DNA of 64,000 nucleotides from an uncultured Heliobacteriaceae bacterium (GCA_964468345.1 CAYXVZ010000035.1:132-64131), one strand, 5' to 3'. Positions 10,557 through 19,639 are shown, numbered from the stretch's first letter. Numbers and translations: made by a program. Notes: generated by a model not told the origin, from the sequence alone.

Positions 10557-11298
10557 TTCTCCCGGAATTACGTGAATCTTCACCGCAAACTACGCATTTC
10601 TTCTCCCCGTATTACGTGAATCTTCTCCCGGAACTACGTTTTGCTTCTCTCGAAATTACGTCGATTCACCCTCAATTACGTGAAACCTTCTCTCGGAATT
10701 ACGAGGTCGCTTCTCCCGGTTTTACGTGCGCGTTTCTCCCGGAATTACGCATGAAGTCTTGAATACGCGCATCGATTTCTCCCGGAATTACGAATCGGTT
10801 TCTCTCGGATTTACGTCGATGGTTCTGGTTTCTCGATCGACCTTCTCCCGGAATTACGTTTGGATTTCTCCCGAAACTACGTCACACGCGCGGGCATCAC
10901 GACTGGCTTCTCTCGGAACTACGTTGGCGTTTCCCCCGGAACTACGTGGAGGACTTCTCCCGGAATTACGAATGAACTTCTCCCGAAATTACGATGGGAT
11001 AGCGGGGCTGTGGAGGTTACCGCCGGCCGGACCGGATCGGGGCAAAGCAATACAGCCGAGCGTCAAAAGGTCCGATTTTGGGCGCAATTTCGGGAATTTA
11101 CGACTTCCCTTCCCTTTTCGACAAACCGGAAATCCTCTTTTGGCGCAAGCGGATAGCGGCGGGCAGGGACACGTTTTTGTCTCCTGCGCGGGATTTTGTG
11201 CGGTGGAAGCGTCGATTTCACCGGTCGCTTCTCCCTCAATTACGTGCTGATTTTGAATGGGATCGCGCCGGGCGCCGCCGGGTTCTCTCGGAATTACG
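10557..11298 (+). repeat. Iteron array / replication origin: 19 direct copies of the 16-mer TTCTCCCGGAATTACG
   Basis: Starts at 10557, 10579, 10601, 10623, 10645, 10665, 10688, 10711, 10734, 10777, 10800, 10843, 10866, 10908, 10931, 10955, 10978, plus 11229 and 11283. Confidence 0.85.
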
Positions 11299-11623
11299 TT
11301 GCTTGCGGGCGGGGGCTTCCATGGCATGATCCTTTTAAAGGCAATACTGGCAACACTTCCCTTCCCTGCACCACCGATTTTTCAATGATTATTCTTATTG
11401 TGAAATTTTAGGTCGTTCGCGAATTAGTCAAAAGAAGAGATTTAGGAGAGAATGCAATTTCCCGAATGTTGCGACTTATGCCTGATCGCTATTTAGGAAA
11501 AAGATGCGATTCTTGCTGATCGCCATTTACCTGAAAGTCCGACTTTTTGTAAAATGCGAATCAGAGCCACGAGAAAGCCCGGCAACATTGAATAAATTCG
11601 ACTATACAGGAGCGCAGAAAGCG

Positions 11624-12490
11624 ATGACGAACATTATTACGGTGGGGAACGAGAAAGGCGGCGTGGGCAAAACGACGACGGTCGTCAACCTGGCGGCCGC
11701 ATTTGCCAATATGGGAAAGTCGGTGCTGGTGACGGACAACGACCCGCAAGGCAATGCCAGCGAACTGCTGGGGATTGAGCGCGGGCAGGTCGAGCCGAAA
11801 TCGCTGGCCCAGGCGATCTTCGATCGAAAGTCTTTCGAGGATTACTGCGTCTCCACCAATATCGAAGGCGTGGATCTGCTGGCCGGCACGCCGCTGCTCA
11901 AAAAAGTCATCAAGGAATTCGGCCATACGCACCGGCAGGACAAACTGCTCAACAAGGTTTTCGAGTCGAAAGCGTTGGATAAATACGACATCGTCCTCGT
12001 GGACACGCACGGATCGGGCGATTGCTTGTTGCTCTCTTCCCTGGCCGCTTCGGATTATTACGTCATCCCGGTTTTCGCCGAGCCGGAATCGGCCCGCGGC
12101 CTGCTCGATATGCTCAAATCCACGGTGGAACTGCGCGAGGAGGTGAACCCTTCCCTGACCCTGCTCGGCGTGATCATTACCAAGTTCGACAAGAAGAACG
12201 CCACGCATATCGAATTCTCCGACACGATTCGCACGATCGGCAAAAACGCCAAGGTTCGCGTGTTCACCAATACGATTCCGATGTCGAGTTCGGTGCCCGC
12301 GGCTTCAAAAAAGCAGATTTCCCTGATCGAGTACCGCCGGGACCTGCCGATCAGCCAATCCTATATGGCTCTGGCCGGCGAGATGGTTCCCCTGCTCGGA
12401 AAGAAAAAGCCGGGCCGGCCCTCGATTCCCGATGTGGATGAGTTCAGCCGGCACATCGACGAGATCGAAGAGATCCTGGCCGACGCCTGA
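11624..12490 (+). CDS. parA: ParA/Soj family partition ATPase
   Basis: Deviant Walker A NEKGGVGKTT, DNDPQGNAS and YDIVLVD motifs. Start at MTNIIT after an AGGAG. Confidence 0.92.
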   Translation: MTNIITVGNEKGGVGKTTTVVNLAAAFANMGKSVLVTDNDPQGNASELLGIERGQVEPKSLAQAIFDRKSFEDYCVSTNIEGVDLLAGTPLLKKVIKEFGHTHRQDKLLNKVFESKALDKYDIVLVDTHGSGDCLLLSSLAASDYYVIPVFAEPESARGLLDMLKSTVELREEVNPSLTLLGVIITKFDKKNATHIEFSDTIRTIGKNAKVRVFTNTIPMSSSVPAASKKQISLIEYRRDLPISQSYMALAGEMVPLLGKKKPGRPSIPDVDEFSRHIDEIEEILADA

Positions 12491-12496
12491 TTGGGC

Positions 12497-12600
12497 CGGG
12501 ACAACGCGTTGTCCCGCCTTTTTGCAAAAGCAGGACAACACATTGTCCTCAAAGTGCAAAATCTCCTCTTCCCGTCCGCTTCGGGACAATGTATTGTCCC
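12497..12600. promoter_or_regulatory. Three candidate parS palindromes (GGACAA-N4-TTGTCC)
   Basis: cgggacaacgcgttgtcccg at 12497-12516, aggacaacacattgtcct at 12532-12549, gggacaatgtattgtccc at 12583-12600. Confidence 0.75.
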
Positions 12601-12647
12601 CGGAGCAATTCCACTTCAATCAGAGCATCACAGGCAGGAATGGTTAA

Positions 12648-12875
12648 ACCACGAAGAAACGAAGAGCACGAAGCGGCGGAGCCGCAACCAAAGAAATGAA
12701 GAGAGAGCACGGAACAAACGGAAATAACGGAATAAACGAAAGTTCAAATTGCATCTCGTCTGTTCCGTACTCTCCATTTCTTTCAATCAAATTTCTTGCT
12801 CAAAAAACCAAAACACGAAGACAGATACAGAAAAGCTTCCCTTTCTTTTCTTCGTGCTCTTCGTTTCTTCGTGGT
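12648..12875. mobile_element. Nested palindromic repeat elements in the parA-parB spacer
   Basis: Perfect 26-bp arms accacgaagaaacgaagagcacgaag (12648-12673) and complement (12850-12875) enclose a reversed copy of the GAGAGTACGGAACAAACGG-type element. Confidence 0.7.
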
Positions 12876-12931
12876 AAAAACCATTCTCTCGAGCTTGTCT
12901 TCATCCAATTTTGATAGCTGCCCTGCCGAAA

Positions 12932-12949
12932 AGGACAATGCGTTGTCCT
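12932..12949. promoter_or_regulatory. Candidate parS palindrome upstream of parB
   Basis: aggacaatgcgttgtcct. Confidence 0.75.
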
Positions 12950-12990
12950 GGCGGCGGGATTTTTAAAATTCCAGTAGAGATTCAGGGGCT

Positions 12991-13905
12991 ATGGCCAAAG
13001 GTAAAAAACAGACGGCGGAAGACCTGTTGCAGCGCTATTCGCGGGAAACGGTGGGGCTCGATTCGGCCACGACGGCCGTTCCCGCGGCCGTGAAAAAAGA
13101 AAACCCGCTGCTCGAGAGTCTGCGGCGAAACGTCAATCGGGTCGTGATGATCCCGATCGATATTCTCGTCATCGAAGAGAACGTACGGCGAACCGTCGAT
13201 GAGGAATCGCCGGAGTTTATCAGCCTCGTGGCTTCGGTCCGCGAAAGCGGCGTGCGGCAAAATATCATCGTGGACTTGCAGGACGAGGAAGACGAGAAAT
13301 TCAAGCTGGTTGTCGTCGCGGGACAACGGCGAACCCTCGCGGGTCGCAAAGCGGGCGTCAAACAGGTGGCGGCCCTGATTCTGCGCATGAATGGCCGCGG
13401 CGAACGCCTCGTGGAGGGACTCGCCGAAAATCTATTGCGCGAAGACCTGCATTGTCTCGATCAGGCCGAAGCCTATGCCGCCCTCGTCGAAGAAGGCTGG
13501 TCCCAGGATGAAATTGCCGAACGCTTCGAGCGCCGCCGCCGGACGATTCTGCAATTCCTGCGACTTGCGCGCTATCCGCAGAAAGCGAAGGACCTGATCC
13601 GCGCCAACCGGGAAATCTTCACGACCAACCTGTTGTTCAATAAATTCGTCGCCAAGACCTGGAAAAACGAAGGGGAATTGCTGCAGGCCCTGCGCGATGC
13701 CGTCGCCGGAACACGGCCGAAAGCTACGACCGCAGCCGCCCCGGCCGTCTCGACCGCAACCCTCGACCGGCTGGTAAAAGCCGTCAATCGTTACAATGGC
13801 CTCGGCTGCAAAGCCAGCGGAGATGACGACGCCGGCCGGATCGTCATCAGCTACAAAAACCGGACCGCCCTCGAAAAAATCCTGGCTCTTTTTGAAAGCG
13901 ACTGA
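12991..13905 (+). CDS. parB: ParB/RepB/Spo0J family partition protein
   Basis: VVAGQRRTLA (GxRR CTP-binding box), ENLLREDL, and HTH WSQDEIAERFERRRRTILQFLRL. Confidence 0.92.
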   Translation: MAKGKKQTAEDLLQRYSRETVGLDSATTAVPAAVKKENPLLESLRRNVNRVVMIPIDILVIEENVRRTVDEESPEFISLVASVRESGVRQNIIVDLQDEEDEKFKLVVVAGQRRTLAGRKAGVKQVAALILRMNGRGERLVEGLAENLLREDLHCLDQAEAYAALVEEGWSQDEIAERFERRRRTILQFLRLARYPQKAKDLIRANREIFTTNLLFNKFVAKTWKNEGELLQALRDAVAGTRPKATTAAAPAVSTATLDRLVKAVNRYNGLGCKASGDDDAGRIVISYKNRTALEKILALFESD

Positions 13906-13906
13906 T

Positions 13907-13949
13907 CGGGACAACGCATTGTCCCGAGAAAGACGTAATTCCGGGAGAA
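13907..13949. promoter_or_regulatory. Candidate parS (13907-13926) followed by a single inverted iteron (13934-13949)
   Basis: cgggacaacgcattgtcccg, then cgtaattccgggagaa, the exact reverse complement of the iteron consensus. Confidence 0.75.
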
Positions 13950-13988
13950 GAGGGCAGGGAAGTCGGCGAAAATTGTCCCCAACGGGCA

Positions 13989-14029
13989 CAAAGGGCGCGA
14001 AGAAGAATCATTCTTCTTCGCGCCCTTTG
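13989..14029. terminator. 20-bp inverted repeat, candidate terminator downstream of parB
   Basis: caaagggcgcgaagaagaat-c-attcttcttcgcgccctttg between convergent genes. There is no clear U-tract. Confidence 0.45.
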
Positions 14030-14193
14030 CAGTCCAGAAACTAAATTTTCTTGCTCTTTATGATTGTCCTCCTCGAATCAGCCTCCCCTTTCCATGATTT
14101 TTCCTTCTGAAATGAAAGGGGGCGCGTGGAACGGCACAAGAAATTTCTGTGCTCCCATTCGATCAGATCGGTTTTCAGTTGCACATATGGTCA

Positions 14194-14278
14194 GCCACGA
14201 ATGTACACGGATATTCACGAATGTGACGCTATGCCACCTCCCGGGGATCATTGGTGTTTATTCGTGAATATTCGTGGC
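14194..14278. repeat. Palindromic element with 10-bp periodic arms
   Basis: gccacgaatgtacacggatattcacgaat ... attcgtgaatattcgtggc. Confidence 0.6.
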
Positions 14279-14325
14279 GAAATATTCCTGCATTTTCCAT
14301 ACGCTGAAATGAAATTTGATCTATT

Positions 14326-15174
14326 TTAGAGGTGAAAGGTCTTTTTGCCTTTTGAAGATTCGCTGGAGTCGACGGGCGGATTCTGCTGTTTATGAATGGC
14401 GTGGAGCATTTCAATCAATTGTTCCGATTGAAAGAGCAATCGCTCCATGGTCGAGGCCGCAATTTCTTCCGGGCGGATTTCCCGCATATACGATCCGATC
14501 ATCTGCAGGTATTCGAAGAAGAAATGATCCGGCGGCAGTTCCCGCGAAAACGAATCGGAGGGCGCCAGATCGATGCCGGATTCGAAGGGCGCTTCGGCAT
14601 AACCGGTGTCGGATAAACCGCCGGAACCTCTCTCCGCCCCTGGATTCTGATATTGAAAGAGCAGGGCATCGACCCGTCCTTTCAAGCGAATTCCGGATTC
14701 TCCCGTTTGCAGATGAGATCGCAGCAGGGCCATTCGCCGCTTGCGCAAGGACTCCGGTTCCTGAATTCCGGTCAGATTCGGCGTCAATCGGGAAAGCTGC
14801 TCCGCCTCGAAAAGATTGATCTCGCCCTTTTCCAGGGCAAGTACGACATCCTCCGGAAAATCCGGAATCAACAGGTAATGCTCCACAAAAGAGCGCACGC
14901 CGATGCCATATGTTCCACGCGCCAGCGCCGCGCGCAGGGAAGTTGCCGCAATTCGGATTTCCGCCTCGCTCCAGGGCGATTTTCGCCCCTTTCGCGTCAC
15001 GGCCCCGGGACTCCGCTCGAAATAGACGATGGCGCGGAGCAGGCTCGTTAAATTCTTTTCTTTTAATAGGATGGAATCAGGCAAGGTCGCCTGAAAGTCT
15101 TCCAGCACCTGCCGGACGGCCGACCGGCTGGCCAGTCGATCCGGTTTTCGTTCTCGTCGTCGCGTGGCTTTCAT
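14326..15174 (-). CDS. Hypothetical basic DNA-binding protein with a ParB/KorB-HTH-like segment
   Basis: 282 aa with FPEDVVLALEKGEINLFEAEQLSRL, which resembles the post-HTH helix region of ParB proteins, and a KGRKSPW motif. No GxRR box. Confidence 0.6.
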   Translation of the reverse strand: MKATRRRERKPDRLASRSAVRQVLEDFQATLPDSILLKEKNLTSLLRAIVYFERSPGAVTRKGRKSPWSEAEIRIAATSLRAALARGTYGIGVRSFVEHYLLIPDFPEDVVLALEKGEINLFEAEQLSRLTPNLTGIQEPESLRKRRMALLRSHLQTGESGIRLKGRVDALLFQYQNPGAERGSGGLSDTGYAEAPFESGIDLAPSDSFSRELPPDHFFFEYLQMIGSYMREIRPEEIAASTMERLLFQSEQLIEMLHAIHKQQNPPVDSSESSKGKKTFHL

Positions 15175-15272
15175 AAGATGTCCGAATCAAATGTTTCACC
15201 TATTAGCATAGAATGGGTAAAAATGCATGAAAAAACGAAAAGGGAAGGGAAGCAAGAAAAGGCTGAACTGAT

Positions 15273-16487
15273 TTATCTGTCTGATGAAATCCGCTCCGCA
15301 GTTTCCGCCGCCTGATCGATCAATTTCGCGAGGCCGATTTTGCCCAGGTAATTTCCGACAAGAAATACATTGGGGGGCAGGGAAGGCAGCGTGGTCAGCA
15401 GGCGCTCGAGTTCCAGCGTGTAATGCGGAAGAGCGTGCGGCCAGCGCGTGATATGACGGCTCAGCATGGGTTCTTCGCGACCTACGAGCAGGGCATGGTT
15501 TCGTTGCAAAATCGTATCGAGATCGGCATCGGAAAGGTACAGCGCATCCCTGTCGGGCGAGCCGCCCAGAATCCAGGTCTCGGAACGGAAATAACTGCGG
15601 CCCGGGAAGGTGCATTCATTAAAGAGAACGCCGAGAGCGCGAATCGCGCTTTTTCGCGGAAAGAGACAGCCGAATCCTTTGGGCTGGGCATCGCTGGGTT
15701 GAAAGAAGCACGTCGCGGTCACGATCGGCAACAGTTCGATTTTTTGCAGGTGGCTCGCCAGGGCAGGGAAGGGAAGGGCCAGAATTTCCGCCGCCTGCGG
15801 AGCCGAAGTGCAAAGCACGGTCGGGGAATCGGGAAGAATCTCCGCCGCTCGGTTGAGTTCGATCGCGACGTCGTGATGAATAAGGTAATCCCGCATTCCA
15901 TCGATGAGCGCCTGCATCCCGCCTTTGGGAGAGACGGTGCCGCGAACGGATGGTTTGACGATCGGGGGACGTTCCGGTTCCAGGCCCAAACCTTTTCGAT
16001 TGAAAATCAGGCTCGCGCTCAGCAACTCTGCATCGCTGGCATAAATGCCGCCCATGGCGGGCGTCATGGCATACCGCACCGCGCCGGGACCAAAAATTCG
16101 ATCTCCCCAGTTGCTGAGCGATTCCCCCGGGCTTGGCCGAAGCCGCGTCATGTGGCCCAGCAGCCCCATGCCCATGCGAAGGCTTTCTCCAACGGTCAGC
16201 GGCCATCGGCGGACCTTATTTCGCCAGAAGTACCGAGAACGGCTTTGCGGCAACAGCGGCGTCAGCTCCACGCCGAGGTCCGCGCACATCGCTTCAATCC
16301 GCGCGGAGTTGATCAATCCGTTCGCGGCCGTCTCGACCAAACCATGTTCGGTGCGACGGGTTCCGATCAGTCCGCCGACGCGGGATTGTTTTTCGAGAAT
16401 GCGCACCGGCACGCCGCGTTTCTGAAGAAAGTATGCCGTCGCGAGCCCGGAAATGCCCGCGCCAATCACTGTCACCGTTGCTTTCAT
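15273..16487 (-). CDS. hemY: Protoporphyrinogen/coproporphyrin oxidase (HemY family flavoprotein)
   Basis: VIGAGISGL FAD motif, RVGGLI, GFGCL and WPHALPHY motifs. Its start is 1 bp from the hemN stop. Confidence 0.85.
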   Translation of the reverse strand: MKATVTVIGAGISGLATAYFLQKRGVPVRILEKQSRVGGLIGTRRTEHGLVETAANGLINSARIEAMCADLGVELTPLLPQSRSRYFWRNKVRRWPLTVGESLRMGMGLLGHMTRLRPSPGESLSNWGDRIFGPGAVRYAMTPAMGGIYASDAELLSASLIFNRKGLGLEPERPPIVKPSVRGTVSPKGGMQALIDGMRDYLIHHDVAIELNRAAEILPDSPTVLCTSAPQAAEILALPFPALASHLQKIELLPIVTATCFFQPSDAQPKGFGCLFPRKSAIRALGVLFNECTFPGRSYFRSETWILGGSPDRDALYLSDADLDTILQRNHALLVGREEPMLSRHITRWPHALPHYTLELERLLTTLPSLPPNVFLVGNYLGKIGLAKLIDQAAETAERISSDR

Positions 16488-16488
16488 C

Positions 16489-17844
16489 TCACATCGCTTT
16501 CGAAAAAGTGTTCATCTGCGGTTGATCCCGTCGCAGCCGCGCATCGAAAAACACCGTGGCATTGCGCAGAAAGGGAAGGCCCCGCTCCGTCAGTTGCAAT
16601 TCCTCGCCGCGAATTTCCACGAGGCCATCGTCGACGAGCGGCCGCAGGAACTCCCTCGCATCGGCCTGCTGCGTTTCCTCCAGCCGAACATTGAACCGCG
16701 TCATGAATTCCAAAATCTGTTCACGCCGCGCCTGATCTTCATGATTGAGCCGGTGCCCGCGCAGCGTCGGCAACTGGCCCGCATGCAGCTTCTGTTCGTA
16801 GGGGCCGATCGCCTTTTCATTTTGATGGAAGCAGGTGGGCGTTTCCGAAATCGCGCTCAATCCCATGCCGAGCAGCAAGCGCGTGCGGGCTTCCGTGTAT
16901 CCCATGAAATTCCGGTGCAGCGTTCCTTCGGCCTGTGCGACGCTCAGCGCATCATGCGGCAGCGCAAAATGATCCATGCCGATTTCGAGATAGCCCGCAT
17001 CCAGCAGCAGCTGGCGCGCTCGTTCATACAGCGCGCGCTTTTCGCCCGCCTTCGGCAGGTCTTCATCTTTATAACTTCGCTGCGTCGGCTTGATCCATGG
17101 AACCAGCGCGAAGCTGTAAAGCGCGATCCGATCCGGCCGAAGTTCGATCGTTTTCTGCGCCGTGGATTCGATGCTCTCCATCGTCTGGCGCGGCAGGCCG
17201 TAGATCAGATCGAAATTCACGGATGTGAATCCCATCTCCCGCGCCTCTTCCGTGACGCGTTTGGTGATTTCATAGGGTTGATGGCGATTGACCAGCTTCT
17301 GCACGACTTCGTTGAAATCCTGAACGCCCAGCGATATTCGTGTGAATCCGAGGTCGATCAGCGTCTGCATCTGTTCCCGATTGATTCGCCGCGGATCGAC
17401 CTCGATCGAAGCGTCGAACGCGTCCTCGTCCCGCGCGGTGCCTTCAAGCAGCGGCGTCAGGATCCGTTTGAGATTCTCGGAGGTGAAAAAGGTCGGCGAG
17501 CCGCCGCCCAGGTGCAGTTGCTGCAGTGGACGCTTCGCGAGTTGCGGAAATCGATCGCGATACAGAGACCATTCCCGATGCAGCAGATCGACATAGCCTT
17601 CTTCGCGGCCGTGATCGCGCGTGATGATTGTATTGCAGGCGCAGAACGTGCAGAGCGATTCGCAAAAGGGAAGGTGCAGATAGATCGCCCAGCTCGCATC
17701 CTCCGGTTCCAGCGCCTGGTCGATCGCCGCAAACCATTGTTCCGTCGTCGGGGAATCGGTCCAGTAGGGAACCGTCGGATAGCTCGTATACCGCGGCACC
17801 GGCACATCGTATTTCGCAAAGAGGTCTTTGAATTCGGTATTCAT
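16489..17844 (-). CDS. hemN: Oxygen-independent coproporphyrinogen III oxidase
   Basis: PRYTSYPT, YLHLPFCESLCTFCAC, GGGSP, IGMDHF and LHRNFMGY motifs. Start at MNTEF. Confidence 0.95.
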   Translation of the reverse strand: MNTEFKDLFAKYDVPVPRYTSYPTVPYWTDSPTTEQWFAAIDQALEPEDASWAIYLHLPFCESLCTFCACNTIITRDHGREEGYVDLLHREWSLYRDRFPQLAKRPLQQLHLGGGSPTFFTSENLKRILTPLLEGTARDEDAFDASIEVDPRRINREQMQTLIDLGFTRISLGVQDFNEVVQKLVNRHQPYEITKRVTEEAREMGFTSVNFDLIYGLPRQTMESIESTAQKTIELRPDRIALYSFALVPWIKPTQRSYKDEDLPKAGEKRALYERARQLLLDAGYLEIGMDHFALPHDALSVAQAEGTLHRNFMGYTEARTRLLLGMGLSAISETPTCFHQNEKAIGPYEQKLHAGQLPTLRGHRLNHEDQARREQILEFMTRFNVRLEETQQADAREFLRPLVDDGLVEIRGEELQLTERGLPFLRNATVFFDARLRRDQPQMNTFSKAM

Positions 17845-17932
17845 ATGGTTACTTCTTGAGTCAGGAACTGAAATTTTGGGTGGCGGCATGTTACGTGATC
17901 AGCGCGAAAACGAAAACCGTTGACCGGTCTCT

Positions 17933-18078
17933 CCAAATCAGTATGAACAATTTGGAGACAAGACATCTACCACGAAGAAACGAAGAGCACGAAGAAAAGA
18001 AAGAAGGCCTGTCTATGAGCCTTTCTTCGTGCTCTTCGTTTCTTCGTGGTAAGTACTATTTTGCTTGTTCCGATTTAG
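17933..18078. mobile_element. 146-bp MITE-like element (CTAAATCAG-end family) with a GAAG-type internal hairpin
   Basis: Ends ccaaatcagtatgaacaa / ttgcttgttccgatttag. 30-bp inner arms at 17968-17997 and 18022-18051. Confidence 0.7.
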
Positions 18079-18187
18079 CTTGTGGCCCTGGTTCCCACCG
18101 CGCCGCCAAGAAGATCGACAGGGCAGGGAAGGGAAGTGCGCGAAGGCTGAACTTGTGTTTGCCGAACCGCGGTCACACAATACGGCC

Positions 18188-19063
18188 ATGGATCAAAACC
18201 CTATCACGGAATACCCGCGCCGCATCGTCTGCCTGACCGAAGAAACCACGGAGACCCTGTATTTATTGGGCGAACAGGACCGCATCGTCGGCGTTTCCGG
18301 TTACACCGTGCGTCCGCCCGAGGCCCGCCGGAAACCGAAGGTCTCGGCCTTCATCACCGCGAAGTTCGACAAGATCATGGATCTCGAACCGGATCTGGTT
18401 CTCGGATTTTCCGACCTGCAGGCCGAAATCGCTTCCGAACTGATTAAACGCGGCGTGAACGTCATGGTCTGGAACCAGCGAAGCGTTGTGGAGATTCAAC
18501 AGATGATTCTCACGCTCGGCCGCCTGGTCGGCGTGGAAGCGAAAGCCCATGAATTGCTGCTCGAACTGGAGCAGGGAATGAACGCCATTCGCGACGCGGC
18601 CGCGCAATGGCCGCGCCGGCCCCGCGTGTTTTTTGAAGAATGGCATGATCCCTTGATCTCCGGCATTCGCTGGGTGGAGGAACTGATTGAAATCGCCGGT
18701 GGGCAATCGATGTTTCCCGCGCTGCGCGATTGCAAAGCGGCGAAGGATCGCATTCTCGATCCGGCTGAGGTCGCCGCGCGCGATCCGGAAATTGTGATCG
18801 CTTCATGGTGTGGCCGAATGGTACAGAAAAAACAGATTCGCGAGCGGGCCGGGTGGGGAAGCGTGACGGCGGTGAAAGCCGATCATATTTTTGAAATCAA
18901 ATCGACCTACATTCTGCAACCCGGCCCGGCGGCCCTGACGGAAGGGCTTCGCCAGCTGCACGCGGTGATTGCGACGGCGATGGGGCAGGGAATTGACGCC
19001 TCTCTCGCGCCCCAGGAAAAAACAGATCGGGATTTGGCAGCGAGACTTGCCGCGCGCGGTTGA
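18188..19063 (+). CDS. BtuF/TroA-like cobalamin- or iron-complex-binding family protein
   Basis: PRRIVCLTEETTETLYLLG, LEPDLVL and ILQPGP motifs. No signal peptide from the MDQNP start. Confidence 0.8.
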   Translation: MDQNPITEYPRRIVCLTEETTETLYLLGEQDRIVGVSGYTVRPPEARRKPKVSAFITAKFDKIMDLEPDLVLGFSDLQAEIASELIKRGVNVMVWNQRSVVEIQQMILTLGRLVGVEAKAHELLLELEQGMNAIRDAAAQWPRRPRVFFEEWHDPLISGIRWVEELIEIAGGQSMFPALRDCKAAKDRILDPAEVAARDPEIVIASWCGRMVQKKQIRERAGWGSVTAVKADHIFEIKSTYILQPGPAALTEGLRQLHAVIATAMGQGIDASLAPQEKTDRDLAARLAARG

Positions 19064-19096
19064 CGCGGTTTTGAGAATTCGTCAATCATTCCCGCT

Positions 19097-19639
19097 ATGG
19101 AACTCATTTCGAATCTCGACTGGAAATCGATGTTTGTCCCGTCCGGAAACGTCTTCGAAATCGTTCTGCGCGGGACTGTGGTGTATTTCTTCCTGCTTGT
19201 ACTCCTGCGGATTTTACGCCGGGAAGCCGGCGCCGTCGGGCTTTCCGATCTCCTCGTTGTCGTCATCATTGCGGACGCCGTGCAAAATGCGATGGCCAAT
19301 GAATACAAGTCGATTACCGAGGGCCTGGTGCTCGTGTCGACCATTGTCTTCTGGGATTTCTCGCTCGACTGGCTCGGCAGCCGATCACAGTTTATTCATC
19401 GCCTGCTGCGGCCCGCGCCGATGCTGTTGATCAAGGATGGAAAGCTGCTGCGCCGAAATATGCGCCAGGAAATGATCACCGAAGAAGAGCTGATGAGCCA
19501 GCTTAGAAAGCAGGGAATTGACGCCTACGAAAAGGTGAAAAAGTGCTTTCTCGAAGGCGATGGCCAATTCAGCATTATCTCTGACGAAAAAGATTCCGGC
19601 GGCGGGGACAAGAATCAGAAAGACCGCCACATCGCCTGA
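19097..19639 (+). CDS. DUF421 (YetF-like) membrane protein
   Basis: Three TM segments and the motif LMSQLRKQGI..VKKCFLEGDGQFSII. Confidence 0.85.
   Translation: MELISNLDWKSMFVPSGNVFEIVLRGTVVYFFLLVLLRILRREAGAVGLSDLLVVVIIADAVQNAMANEYKSITEGLVLVSTIVFWDFSLDWLGSRSQFIHRLLRPAPMLLIKDGKLLRRNMRQEMITEEELMSQLRKQGIDAYEKVKKCFLEGDGQFSIISDEKDSGGGDKNQKDRHIA

Noticed and set aside
10557-10993. Regularly spaced repeat array as a CRISPR array
   Set aside because: The repeats are 16 bp and degenerate, most spacers are only 4-8 bp, there are no cas genes, and the rep/parAB context fits iterons.
10547-11411. Short ORFs with repeated FSRNY/LPELR peptides
   Set aside because: These are translation artefacts of the iteron array.
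17890-18188. Cobalamin riboswitch upstream of the BtuF-like gene
   Set aside because: No B12-box features were recognised, and the space is filled by a repeat element. An Rfam scan would settle it.
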